The notes: generated by a model not told the origin, from the letters alone. A stretch of DNA of 39,414 nt from Candidatus Methylomirabilia bacterium (GCA_041497895.1 JBGQHJ010000027.1:1-39414), one strand, 5' to 3'. Shown: positions 26,947-35,886, counted from the first letter of the stretch. A program made the numbers and translations.

Positions 26947-27800
26947 GCGGAGACCTCCTGGCGACCGATCAGGCGGAGATACGCGACCGCCACCACCATC
27001 ACGAGCGCGAACACCACCACCCCGATGGCGGAGCCGAAGCCCACCTGCAGGGTCTGGAAGAGGGCGCGGTAGGCGTACACCGTGAGCGTCTCGGTGGTCC
27101 CGGCCGGGCCGCCGCCGGTCAGCACGAACATCAGGTCGAAGGCCCGCAGCGCGTCGAGGGTCCGGAAGAGGAGCGCCACCAGGAGGATCGGCCGCACCAG
27201 CGGCCAGGTGATGCGGGCGAAGGCCTGCACGCCCGCCGCGCCGTCCACTTCCGCCGCCTCGTACAGCTCGGCCGGGATCGTGAGCAGGCGGGCGTAGCAG
27301 AGCAGCGCCACGAACGGGGTGGTGCGCCAGACGTCGGCCGCGATCAGCGACGGCAGGGCCAGGGCCGGGTCGCCGAGCCAGTTGACCGGGCGGCCCCCCA
27401 GCAGGAAGTTCACGAGGCCGCCCGCGGGATGGTAGAGCCACTCGAACATCTTGGCGGTCACCACCGAGGGCAGCGCCCACGCGAGCAGCAGCAGGGCCAT
27501 CGCGGCGCGCCGGCCGTGGCGCTGGCCCCGCAGGGCGAGGGCCACGCCGAGGCCGAGTCCGCACTCGAGCGCGACCGAGGCCACCGTGAACGCGGCGGTG
27601 ACGCCCGCCGCGCTCCAGAATCGCGGATCCACCGCCAGGAAGGCGTAGTGGGCGAGCCCGGCCCAGCGCGAGATCGAGAAGACCGGGATCCGGTAGTGGA
27701 GCGAGAGCCAGATCACCCAGATCGCGGGATAGACGGTGAGGCCGCCCAGCAGCGCGAGGGCGGGGGCGATCAGGAGCCAGCCGAGGCGCCGGTCGCTCAT
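26943..27800 (-). CDS. Carbohydrate ABC transporter permease (MalF/SugA-like)
   Basis: DVWRTTPF, ELYEAAEVDGA, FRTLDALRAFD, TGGGPAGTTE; ATGA overlap. Confidence 0.9.
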   Translation of the reverse strand: MSDRRLGWLLIAPALALLGGLTVYPAIWVIWLSLHYRIPVFSISRWAGLAHYAFLAVDPRFWSAAGVTAAFTVASVALECGLGLGVALALRGQRHGRRAAMALLLLAWALPSVVTAKMFEWLYHPAGGLVNFLLGGRPVNWLGDPALALPSLIAADVWRTTPFVALLCYARLLTIPAELYEAAEVDGAAGVQAFARITWPLVRPILLVALLFRTLDALRAFDLMFVLTGGGPAGTTETLTVYAYRALFQTLQVGFGSAIGVVVFALVMVVAVAYLRLIGRQEVSA

Positions 27801-29086
27801 CGGGTGAGCGCCTGCTGGAGGTGCTCGACCTGGGCGGCGCCGTCGCGGATCGCGCGCTCGGGCGACTTGCGCCCCACGAGCACCGCCGAGAACTCGGGCT
27901 GGAGCGTGGTGGACAGCATCAGGTAGTAGGGCGTCACCGGACGGGGATGGCCCGCCCGGATCAGGGGCAGCAGCGCGGGCAGCGTCGGATCGCGCGCGAT
28001 CAGGCCCGGGTCCGCGAACAGCGCGGGACGCGAGGGGCGGAGCGCGGCGCCCTCGGTCATCGCGCGCTGGGCCGCCTCCCCGGTGAGGAAGCGCGTCAGC
28101 TCGACCCCCAGGGCGGGATGGCGCGTGCGCGCGCTCACCGCGAGGTGCGCGCCGCCGGTGGAGGCGGCGCCCACCGTCCCGTGCGGCAGGCTCGGCAGCG
28201 CCGCGACCCCGACGCGGCCACGCACGCGCGAATCCGGCAGCTCGAAGAGATCGAGCGCGTAGGGCCAGCTCCGCAGGAAGATGGCCCGCCCGTCCCCGAA
28301 CGGGCGGCGGGTCAGCTCCTCGTCGCCCGCGGTGACCCAGGCCGGGCTCACCCCGCTCACGATCAGGTGGCGCAGGAACGCGAGCGACTCGCGCGCCCGC
28401 TCCGGCTCGGGGAACGGCCGCCCCGCGTCGTCGAGGAGGCGCGTGCCGTTGGCCCAGAGCGCCTCCAGCACGTTGACCATGCCGCCCTCGTACTGCTTGC
28501 CCTGCCAGAGGTAGCCGTCCAGGCGCCGGTCGCGCTCCCCGGCCTGGATGAGACGCACCTGCCGGATCAGCTCGTCGTAGGTCCGAGGCGGCGCGAGCCC
28601 GTACTTGGCGAGCAGGTCTTTCCGATAGTAAAGCAGGCCGACATTCATGAACCAGGGCAGCGCCCAGAGGCGGCCGTCCTGCATCGCGGGCTCGATCGCG
28701 GAGGCGAAGTGCGCGTCGCGCTCGGCCGTGGGCACGAACGGAGTCAGATCGAGGATCCAGCCGGCCCGCGCGAACTCGGGGACCCAGATCACGTCGAGCA
28801 TCATCACGTCGAAGGGCGGGCTGCCGCCCTCCAGGTTGATGACGTAGAACTGGTGCTGCTCGTCCGAGCTCCACGTGAGTGCCTCGCTGACGACGCGCAC
28901 GCCCGGGTGCTCCGCCTCGAAGCGCCGTAGCAGGCCGGGGACCGGATCGGCGGGCCCGAGGATCTTGGCGTGCTTGAACACCAGCGTGACCGGCCCGGCC
29001 GACGAGGGGCGCTCGCGGCAGCCCGCCGGGAGCAGCACGAGCAGGACGACGAGGACGGCCGCGGCGCGCGCCGCGCGGGGCGCCAT
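27797..29086 (-). CDS. Sugar ABC substrate-binding lipoprotein (trehalose/maltose-like)
   Basis: Lipobox-like PAGC, DVIWVPEFA, GLLYYRKDLL, WQGKQYEG, FLRSWPY, RPVTPYY. Confidence 0.88.
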   Translation of the reverse strand: MAPRAARAAAVLVVLLVLLPAGCRERPSSAGPVTLVFKHAKILGPADPVPGLLRRFEAEHPGVRVVSEALTWSSDEQHQFYVINLEGGSPPFDVMMLDVIWVPEFARAGWILDLTPFVPTAERDAHFASAIEPAMQDGRLWALPWFMNVGLLYYRKDLLAKYGLAPPRTYDELIRQVRLIQAGERDRRLDGYLWQGKQYEGGMVNVLEALWANGTRLLDDAGRPFPEPERARESLAFLRHLIVSGVSPAWVTAGDEELTRRPFGDGRAIFLRSWPYALDLFELPDSRVRGRVGVAALPSLPHGTVGAASTGGAHLAVSARTRHPALGVELTRFLTGEAAQRAMTEGAALRPSRPALFADPGLIARDPTLPALLPLIRAGHPRPVTPYYLMLSTTLQPEFSAVLVGRKSPERAIRDGAAQVEHLQQALTR

Positions 29087-29106
29087 GGACAGAGATCCCG
29101 GCCGGG

Positions 29107-29901
29107 CTATCCGGCGCCCAGCAGGTCGCGCAGGGCCCCGCCCTCGGCCTTGAACCAGTCGAACAGGATGGACACGTCCCAGCCCATGCAGAAGTGCCGC
29201 ACCCCCAGGTCGAGATAGGCCTTCGCCTCGCTCGGATGCGAGATCTCCGCGCGCGGGGCGATCCCGAGGCGCAGCGCGGTGTGGATCACGTGCCGCTCCG
29301 CCTCCACCACTCGCGGGTGATTCCACTGCCCGGCGAGGCCGATGCTCATCGAGTAGTCGGCGGGGCCGAACTGCACCATGTCCACCCCCTTCACCGAGAG
29401 CAGGGCCTCGAGGTTCTCGACCGCGGAGGCCTTCTCGATCATGATCGCCACCACCGCGTCGTCGAGCGCCCGCACGAAGGCGGGCCCGCCCACGTCCACC
29501 ACGTAGCCCACGTCGCGGCGCATGCCCACGCCGTGCAGGCCGCCCGCCTCCGGGGTCTCGGCCCGCACGCTGCGCACGCACTCGCGCACGTCGTCGGGAG
29601 TGCGGGGATCGGCGAAGAGCAGGTTCTGGATGCCCGCCCCGATGGCCCGCACCGCGAGGTAGGTGCGCGGCTGCTGCTCGACCTTGAACATCGCCGACAT
29701 GTGACCGAAGGTGTTCACCGCCCGCGCGAGGTTCTCGAGCGCGAAGAGATCGTAGGGCGCGTACTCGCCCACGAACTCGACGTAGTCGAAGCAGCCGGCG
29801 TGGCCGGCCAACTCCACCACCGCCGGCCACGCGGAGTGAATGTGGGTGCCCAGCGTGGGCCGGCCCGCCCGCAGCCGCTCCCGCAGTCGATTCGGTCGCA
29901 T
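29107..29901 (-). CDS. HpcH/HpaI class II pyruvate aldolase family protein
   Basis: N-terminal NRLRERL..G...LG, MIEK..AVENLEA...V.GVD...FGPADYS. Confidence 0.85.
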   Translation of the reverse strand: MRPNRLRERLRAGRPTLGTHIHSAWPAVVELAGHAGCFDYVEFVGEYAPYDLFALENLARAVNTFGHMSAMFKVEQQPRTYLAVRAIGAGIQNLLFADPRTPDDVRECVRSVRAETPEAGGLHGVGMRRDVGYVVDVGGPAFVRALDDAVVAIMIEKASAVENLEALLSVKGVDMVQFGPADYSMSIGLAGQWNHPRVVEAERHVIHTALRLGIAPRAEISHPSEAKAYLDLGVRHFCMGWDVSILFDWFKAEGGALRDLLGAG

Positions 29902-29907
29902 GCGCCG

Positions 29908-29936
29908 AGTCTAGGGGGGCAGGTGCGCCCCGTCAA
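29908..29936 (-). promoter_or_regulatory. sigma70-type promoter, leaderless, for the aldolase gene
   Basis: Minus strand TTGACG-17 nt-TAGACT-6 nt-ATG. Confidence 0.75.
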
Positions 29937-29945
29937 TCGCCGCGC

Positions 29946-29951
29946 TATACT
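29946..29951 (+). promoter_or_regulatory. -10 box TATACT, leaderless, for the CoA-transferase gene
   Basis: TATACT-CGGCCG-GTG with no SD. Confidence 0.6.
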
Positions 29952-29957
29952 CGGCCG

Positions 29958-31166
29958 GTGCGCGACGCCGCCGGGCCCCTCTCCGACCTCGTGATCCTCG
30001 ATCTCACGCGCGTGCTGGCCGGTCCCTACGGCACCCGGCTGCTCGCGGACCTGGGCGCGCGGGTCATCAAGATCGAGCGGCCGCGCGACGGCGACGACAT
30101 GCGCAAGAACCACCTTCAGCTCGAGCCGGGCCGCGCCGACCAGTCCACCTACTTCATCCGCATCAACGCGGGCAAGGAGAGCGTGGCGGTCGACCTGGGC
30201 CACCCCCAGGGCCGCGCGGTGGTGACGGATCTCTGCCGCGTCGCCGACGTGTTCGTCGAGAACTTCGCCCCCGGCGTGGTCGAGAAGCTGGGCCTCGGCT
30301 ACGCCGCGATGGCCGCGATCAAGTCCGACCTCGTCTACTGCTCGATCTCGGGCTTCGGGCAGACCGGACCCTGGCGCGAGCGACAGGCCTTCGCCCACAT
30401 CATCAACGCGGCCTCCGGGATGATGTATCTCGACCAGGGTGACCTGACCGCGCCGCGGGCGTCGAACCTCCAGGCCGCCGACGTGCTCGCGGGCACGCAC
30501 GCCTTCGGGGCCATCCTGGCCGCTCTCCGCCGGCGCGACCGGACCGGACAGGGCGCCTACCTCGACGTGTCGATGCTCGAGGCGCTGATCGCGGCCGACG
30601 ACGTCTCCTACGCGGCGGTGCTCAACGGCGGCGAGGCGCAGGGCTCCCCCCGACCCGCGATGGGCGTGTACGCGGTCGGCGACCGGCATCTCGCCCTCCA
30701 GACCGGCGGGGCGGCCGCGCTGTGGCCCCGCCTGCAGGAGCTGCTCGGGCGTCCCGACCTCGCCACCGACCCGCGCTTCGCGACGCCGGATCTGCGTCGG
30801 CGCAACTGGCCGGCGCTCCGCGACATCATCGGTGAGTGGGTCGGCCGCTTCGCATCCGTGGAGGGAGCGCTGGAGGCGCTGCGGGCCGCGCGCATCCCGG
30901 CCGCGCCGGTGCTCAAGCCGGAAGAGGTGGTGGCGCACCCGCACCTGGCCGCGCGCGGCGCGTTCCCCACGGTGCCCCACCCGGCTCGCGGCGCGGTGCG
31001 CGTGACCGCCACCCCGTTCCAGCTCGACGGCCGGCCGGTGCATCCGGCGGGTCCCGCGCCCTACCGGGTGGGCGAGCACACCCGCGCGGTGCTGACCGGG
31101 CTACTCGGCTACAAGGACCGCCACATCGACGACCTCGCCCAGGCCGGCGCCATCGACGCGCCCTGA
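29958..31166 (+). CDS. CaiB/BaiF family III CoA-transferase
   Basis: LDLTRVLAGP..T..LADLGARVIKIE, N.GKES, DVFVENF.PG, SISGFGQTGP, catalytic-type Asp in AADVLAG. Confidence 0.92.
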   Translation: MRDAAGPLSDLVILDLTRVLAGPYGTRLLADLGARVIKIERPRDGDDMRKNHLQLEPGRADQSTYFIRINAGKESVAVDLGHPQGRAVVTDLCRVADVFVENFAPGVVEKLGLGYAAMAAIKSDLVYCSISGFGQTGPWRERQAFAHIINAASGMMYLDQGDLTAPRASNLQAADVLAGTHAFGAILAALRRRDRTGQGAYLDVSMLEALIAADDVSYAAVLNGGEAQGSPRPAMGVYAVGDRHLALQTGGAAALWPRLQELLGRPDLATDPRFATPDLRRRNWPALRDIIGEWVGRFASVEGALEALRAARIPAAPVLKPEEVVAHPHLAARGAFPTVPHPARGAVRVTATPFQLDGRPVHPAGPAPYRVGEHTRAVLTGLLGYKDRHIDDLAQAGAIDAP

Positions 31167-31189
31167 GCCGGGCCCGAAGGAGACGAGAC

Positions 31190-32827
31190 ATGACGGCGAC
31201 ACCGATGACGGGCGGCGAAGCGCTGGTGCGGTCCCTCTACCAGGAAGGGGTGCGGGTGGTCTTCGGCCTGCCCGGCGTCCAGCTCTACGGGGTCATGGCC
31301 GCCCTGCGCGACGAGCCACGCATCCGATTCGTCAATACGCGCCACGAGCAGGCCACGAGCTTCATGGCCGACGGCTACGCGCGAGCCGGCGGCGATGTCG
31401 GCACCGCGCTGGTGGTGCCGGGCCCCGGCCTGCTCAACGCCATGTCGGGCCTCAGCACCGCCTACTCCGCGTCCTCGCCGGTGCTGATGCTGTCGGGGCA
31501 GATCCCGCGCGACAGCATCGGGCGCGACATCGGGCTCCTGCACGAGGTCAACGACCAGCAGGACTGCATCCGTCCGGTCACCAAGTGGCGCCGGCGCGTG
31601 CTCCAGGTGTCGGACGTACCCGCCGCGGTGAGCGAGGCGATGATCCAGCTCAAGAGCGGACGGCCCCGCCCGGTCGAGATCGAGATGCCGCCCGAGACCA
31701 TGGAGGACGAGGGACTGGTCGAGCTGCTGCCGCCGGCCGAGATCACCCGGGCCGTCCCGGCCGCGCGCGACCTCGACCGCGCCGCCGAGCTGCTGCTCGC
31801 CTCGCGCGCTCCGCTGATCTACGCGGGGGGCGGCGTGCACCTCGCGGGCGCCCACGACGCGCTCGCCCAGATGGCCGAGCACCTGCAGGCCGGGGTCGCC
31901 CAGTCCGCCGAGGGCAAGGGCGCGGTCAGCGATCACAACGCGCTCTCGCTCGGCGCGGCATTCTGGCGCGACTCGGCGCTGCGCGCCCACATCCACGAGG
32001 CGGACGTGGTGCTGGCGGTGGGCACCCGCCTGGCCACGGTATCGTTCAAGCCGGGCACCCGGATCGTGCAGATCGACGCCGACGAGCACGAGATCGGGCG
32101 CAGCCACAAGGACACGCTCGGCCTCGTCGGCGACGCGCGGGCCACGCTCGGGGCGCTGCTGGAGCGCCTGCGTGCCGCCTCGCCGCCCCGGCCCTCGCGC
32201 AAGAGCGAGCACGAGGCCCTGCGGGCGCGGATCGCGGCCGAGAACACGATGGAGCCCAACGCCTCGATCATCAAGTCGCTGCGCGCGGGGGCGCCCGACA
32301 ACACCATCCTGGTCGCCGGCATGACTCAGATCGGCTACTACTCGCGGCCATTCTGGCCGGTGTACGAGCCGCGCACGTATCTCTCGTCGTCGTACTCCGG
32401 CAACCTCGGCTACGCCTACCCGGTCGCGCTGGGGGCGAAGGTCGCCCGACCGGATCGGCCGGTCGTCTCGATCTCCGGTGACGGCGGCTTCCTCTTCAAC
32501 GCCCAGGAGCTCTCCACCGCCGCGCGCCACGGCATCAACGTGGTAGCGGTGGTCTTCAACGACAGCTCGTACGGCAACGTGGCGCGCGACCTCGACGAGT
32601 CGTGGGGCGGGCAATACGGCGCCGAGCTGACGAACCCCGACTTCATGAAGCTGGCCGACGCCTACGGGGTGATCGGCATGCGCGCGAAGGAGCCGACCGA
32701 GGTCGGGCGACTGGTGCGCGACGCGATCGAGAAGGACCGCCCGGCGCTCGTCGAGGTGCCGGTGGGGCGCATGAGCCGGCCCGCGTTCTTCACCCCGCGG
32801 CGCACCCCGATCAAGCATCTGCGCTAG
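31190..32827 (+). CDS. Thiamine-diphosphate-dependent enzyme (acetolactate synthase-like superfamily)
   Basis: VFGLPG, RHEQ..SFMADGYAR, GPGLLN, GDGGF...N ThDP motif; SD AAGGAG. Confidence 0.92.
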   Translation: MTATPMTGGEALVRSLYQEGVRVVFGLPGVQLYGVMAALRDEPRIRFVNTRHEQATSFMADGYARAGGDVGTALVVPGPGLLNAMSGLSTAYSASSPVLMLSGQIPRDSIGRDIGLLHEVNDQQDCIRPVTKWRRRVLQVSDVPAAVSEAMIQLKSGRPRPVEIEMPPETMEDEGLVELLPPAEITRAVPAARDLDRAAELLLASRAPLIYAGGGVHLAGAHDALAQMAEHLQAGVAQSAEGKGAVSDHNALSLGAAFWRDSALRAHIHEADVVLAVGTRLATVSFKPGTRIVQIDADEHEIGRSHKDTLGLVGDARATLGALLERLRAASPPRPSRKSEHEALRARIAAENTMEPNASIIKSLRAGAPDNTILVAGMTQIGYYSRPFWPVYEPRTYLSSSYSGNLGYAYPVALGAKVARPDRPVVSISGDGGFLFNAQELSTAARHGINVVAVVFNDSSYGNVARDLDESWGGQYGAELTNPDFMKLADAYGVIGMRAKEPTEVGRLVRDAIEKDRPALVEVPVGRMSRPAFFTPRRTPIKHLR

Positions 32828-32851
32828 AGCGGCGGGAGACCGAGAAGCGGG

Positions 32852-33799
32852 ATGGCGGCGCCGGACACCATCGAGCGCGGCCCGACGGAGCGGCTGCAGT
32901 TCCTGGACGCGGTGCGGGGGTTCGCGCTCCTGCTGATGATCGTGAACCACACCGGCCGCTGGTGGCAGGACGACACCATGGGCTGGCCCCGCCACAACCT
33001 GATCTACGCGAGCATGGCGGTCGGGGCGCCGCTCTTCCTGTTCCTGGTGGGCTTCTAGCCTGCCCCTGTCCTTCGCCCGCCGCCGCCCCACCACCGGCCT
33101 GCCCGGAGTGGCGGCCAAGTTCCTGCAGCGCGGCGCGCGCCTGATCCTCGCCTCGTGGCTGCTCAACTTCGTGGTCTTCCGCGACGAGCCCTTCTGGGAA
33201 GGCGGCGTGCTGCAGACGATCGGGCTCGGCATCATCTTCGCGCTGCCGCCGATGCTCCTGCTGCACCGGCGCGGGGCCCGCACCCTGCTCGTCGCGCTCG
33301 CGCTGGGCGCCTACGCGCTCTTCTCGGTCTCCTATGCCCAGGTCACCGCCTGGCTCCCCGCCCACCCGGTCCTCGGCCGCATCTTCCTGTTCGAGTTCGT
33401 GCCGTGGCCCTCTTCGTGGCGTGGGACTGGGCACACGGCACGCCGCCGCATCTCTCGCTGGCCTTCAAGCGCGACTTCGTCGTGAACAACCACTGGATCT
33501 CGCGCGGGGTCACGAACTTCCTCTGTCTCGGCTCGGTGTTCTGCCTGCTCGGCCTCGCCTACTACGTGGTGGAGGTCCGGCGCGTACCGGTGGGCTGGCT
33601 GGTGGTGCTGGGACGGACCTCCCTCATGCTCTACTTCCTGCACCACGTGCTCGTGCTGACGATCTCGCACGAGTGGCTCGGCCTCAAGCTCGACAACTGG
33701 TGGTGGTACGCGCTCGCCAATGTGCTGCTCACGATCGTCCTCGTCTACCTGGGACGGCTCTGGCTCCAGATCCGAAGCGTGGCGGCCCGTCGCCTGTAG
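32852..33799 (+). pseudogene. Disrupted membrane acyltransferase (DUF1624 / HGSNAT-like)
   Basis: RLQFLDAVRGFALLLMIVNH N-terminus, GVLQTIG, LGRTSLMLYFLH C-terminus; split over three ORFs by a +1 insertion creating TAG (33056-33058) and a frameshift near 33410. Confidence 0.8.
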
Positions 33800-33907
33800 A
33801 CCGCCTGAGCCCGGGAGATGCTCATTTCCGGCCCGATCCACTGACGAATTCCGCCGCCGCCCCGCGCGGGTGCCTCCGATGCGTCGGATAGAGCAGACCA
33901 TTCCCGC

Positions 33908-33923
33908 TGGCCCGTGTTTTGCT
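33908..33923 (+). promoter_or_regulatory. sigma54 (-24/-12) promoter
   Basis: TGGCCCG-TGTT-TTGCT matches TGGCACG-N4-TTGCW. Confidence 0.72.
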
Positions 33924-33936
33924 TCTTTCAGGGGTC

Positions 33937-34320
33937 ATGGCTCTCACGGGCGGGCGTCCTTGGGTCCTGGTCGTCGACGACGAGAGCATCATCGCGCAGC
34001 TCATTGCCGACGTCCTCGGGGGCGAGGGCTACGACGTCGACATCGCGCCGCACGGCGTGGCCGCGCTCGAGCGCCTCGAGCAGCGCACCTACAACGTCGT
34101 GCTGAGCGACCTGCGGATGCCCGAGCTCGACGGGCTCGGTCTGTTCCGCGAGATCGAGCGGCGCTGCCCCGATCTGCTCCACCGCTTCGTCTTCATCACC
34201 GGCACGTCGGAGCACGCCGAGTATCAGGGCTTCATCGACGACGTGAAGGTGCCCGTGCTGACCAAGCCGTTCGACATGATGGACCTCGTTCGCGTCGTGC
34301 AGCAGCTCCTCGCCGGCTAG
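33937..34320 (+). CDS. Single-domain response regulator (CheY-like receiver)
   Basis: VLVVDDE, SDLRMPELDG, FITG, KPF. Confidence 0.9.
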   Translation: MALTGGRPWVLVVDDESIIAQLIADVLGGEGYDVDIAPHGVAALERLEQRTYNVVLSDLRMPELDGLGLFREIERRCPDLLHRFVFITGTSEHAEYQGFIDDVKVPVLTKPFDMMDLVRVVQQLLAG

Positions 34321-34433
34321 TCCCGCCCCACGCTCCGTCGAGCGCCGGACAGCGTCCCGCCGCTGACGACCTCGACCCCTGCTCCGAGCACCCAAAGCTT
34401 CGAGAATCCGACCGGTTAGCCTGGCCAGCTTCG

Positions 34434-34449
34434 TGGCACGGGCCATGCT
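34434..34449 (+). promoter_or_regulatory. sigma54 (-24/-12) promoter
   Basis: TGGCACG-GGCC-ATGCT with GG and GC correctly spaced. Confidence 0.65.
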
Positions 34450-34516
34450 CTCCGAGGACGCAGGGGACGAAGTGGCCGCGAGCCCGCAGATCGTCGCGGC
34501 CCCCCGGAGGGGCGTC

Positions 34517-35197
34517 ATGCAGAAGGCACTGGCCATGTGGATTTTGCTCGCCGCGGGCAGCGGAGGGCAGCCGGAAGTGAGCCCCACCCAGGTTGTGCAA
34601 TCGGCCACCGAGCAGGTCTTGCAGGTCGTTCAGGACTCGGAGGCCGCCCCGGCGGTCCAGGAGCGGCGCCGGCGCGAGGTGCAGCGCGTCGCCGATCGGC
34701 TCTTCGACTTCCCCGAGATGGCCCGGCGGGCCCTCGCGGTGCACTGGCGGGACCGCACCCCGCAGGAGCAGGGCGAGTTCGTGGTCGTGTTCAAGCAGCT
34801 GCTCGGCCACGCCTACCTCGGCAAGCTCGAGAACTACGCGGGCGAGCAGATCGTCTACCTGGGCGAGACCGTGGATGGAGACTTCGCCACCGTCCGCTCC
34901 AAGATCGTCACCGGGCGCGGCGCCGAGATCCCGGTGGACTATCGCCTGCACATGGTCGGCACGCGCTGGGCGGTGTACGACGTGGCGGTCCAGGGCGTGA
35001 GCTTCGTGGGGAACTATCGCGGCCAGTTCGACCGGATCATCCGGAGCTCGTCGTACCAGGCGCTGATGCGCGAGCTCCGGGCGAAGTACGCGCAGGCCAC
35101 CGGCCACCCGGTCTCCGGCGCCACCCCGATTCCCGCCGCGGCGGTGCCCGCCGCCACGACCCCGGCCGCGGCGTCCGCGACCAAGACCCCGCAGTAG
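34517..35197 (+). CDS. mlaC: MlaC/Ttg2D-family phospholipid-binding periplasmic protein
   Basis: FDFPEMARRALA.HW, VDYRL....WAVYDV.V.GVS.V.NYR.QF; SD GGAGG; Ala/Thr/Pro-rich tail. Confidence 0.88.
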   Translation: MQKALAMWILLAAGSGGQPEVSPTQVVQSATEQVLQVVQDSEAAPAVQERRRREVQRVADRLFDFPEMARRALAVHWRDRTPQEQGEFVVVFKQLLGHAYLGKLENYAGEQIVYLGETVDGDFATVRSKIVTGRGAEIPVDYRLHMVGTRWAVYDVAVQGVSFVGNYRGQFDRIIRSSSYQALMRELRAKYAQATGHPVSGATPIPAAAVPAATTPAAASATKTPQ

Positions 35198-35230
35198 GCG
35201 AGGCCCGGGCCGCGGGCGGCCACCCGCGGC

Positions 35231-35480
35231 TCAGGCCTCTTTCAGCTCCTCGGTCCGGACCGGCAAGGTCCGGACTCGCTCGCCGGTGAGCGCGAAGATC
35301 GCGTTGCAGAGCGCCGGCGCCACCGGCGGCGCCCCCAATCCTCCCGGAGCCGCTCCCGAATCGCGGATGTGCGTCTCCACCACCGGCATCTCGTTGATCC
35401 GCATCATCGGGTAGTTGTCGAAGTTCGACCGCTGCACGCCCCCCTTGCCCACCGTGATCTGACCGTAGAGCGCGGCGGCG
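35231..35480 (-). pseudogene. C-terminal remnant of a xanthine-dehydrogenase-family molybdopterin subunit (IorB-like)
   Basis: AALYGQIT..G.VQRSNFDNY...RI.EMP.VE....PGGLG-APPVAPALCNAIFALTG.RVR.LP; about 80 aa only, with no N-terminal portion. Confidence 0.75.
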
Positions 35481-35549
35481 CCCCCCGGCCCCGCTGCTGC
35501 CGTCCCTCCGGTCGCGCCATCAGGGGCGGTGCGTGGCAAGCGGGCACTC

Positions 35550-35558
35550 TGATAGACT
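35550..35558 (+). promoter_or_regulatory. Extended -10 promoter (TG-A-TAGACT)
   Basis: TGnTAnnnT about 50 nt upstream of the ATG at 35608. Confidence 0.45.
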
Positions 35559-35607
35559 CGGCGCGGTCAACTCGCGCCGTACCGAATCCCCGGGGGAGGA
35601 GCGCGCC

Positions 35608-35886
35608 ATGTCCCGCGCAACGACGACGATGCTGGTGGGGCTGCTGGCCGCGACCCTGGTGGGCGGCTGCAGCCGCAGCAAGGAAGACCTGGTGGAGAAG
35701 TCGCGGAGCGCCTCCACCCGCGCGGAGCTGGAGCGGGCGCTCGGCAAGCCGAGCGACATCGCCAAGCTCGGGCCGGTGGAGCAGTGGACCTACAAGGCCT
35801 CGAACGGCAGCGTCGTCTTCCTGATCGTGGGCGACACCGTCACGCTGCAGGCGGCCGGCCCCGACGACAAGAAAGACAGGAAGTAG
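35608..35886 (+). CDS. Small lipoprotein, SmpA/BamE-like fold
   Basis: SD GGAGGAG; lipobox VGGC; TRAELERALGKP......EQWTY pattern. Confidence 0.75.
   Translation: MSRATTTMLVGLLAATLVGGCSRSKEDLVEKSRSASTRAELERALGKPSDIAKLGPVEQWTYKASNGSVVFLIVGDTVTLQAAGPDDKKDRK

Noticed and set aside
33056..33058. TAG as a pyrrolysine or read-through codon
   Set aside because: The downstream homology continues in a different frame, so read-through would not restore the protein; a single-base insertion explains it.
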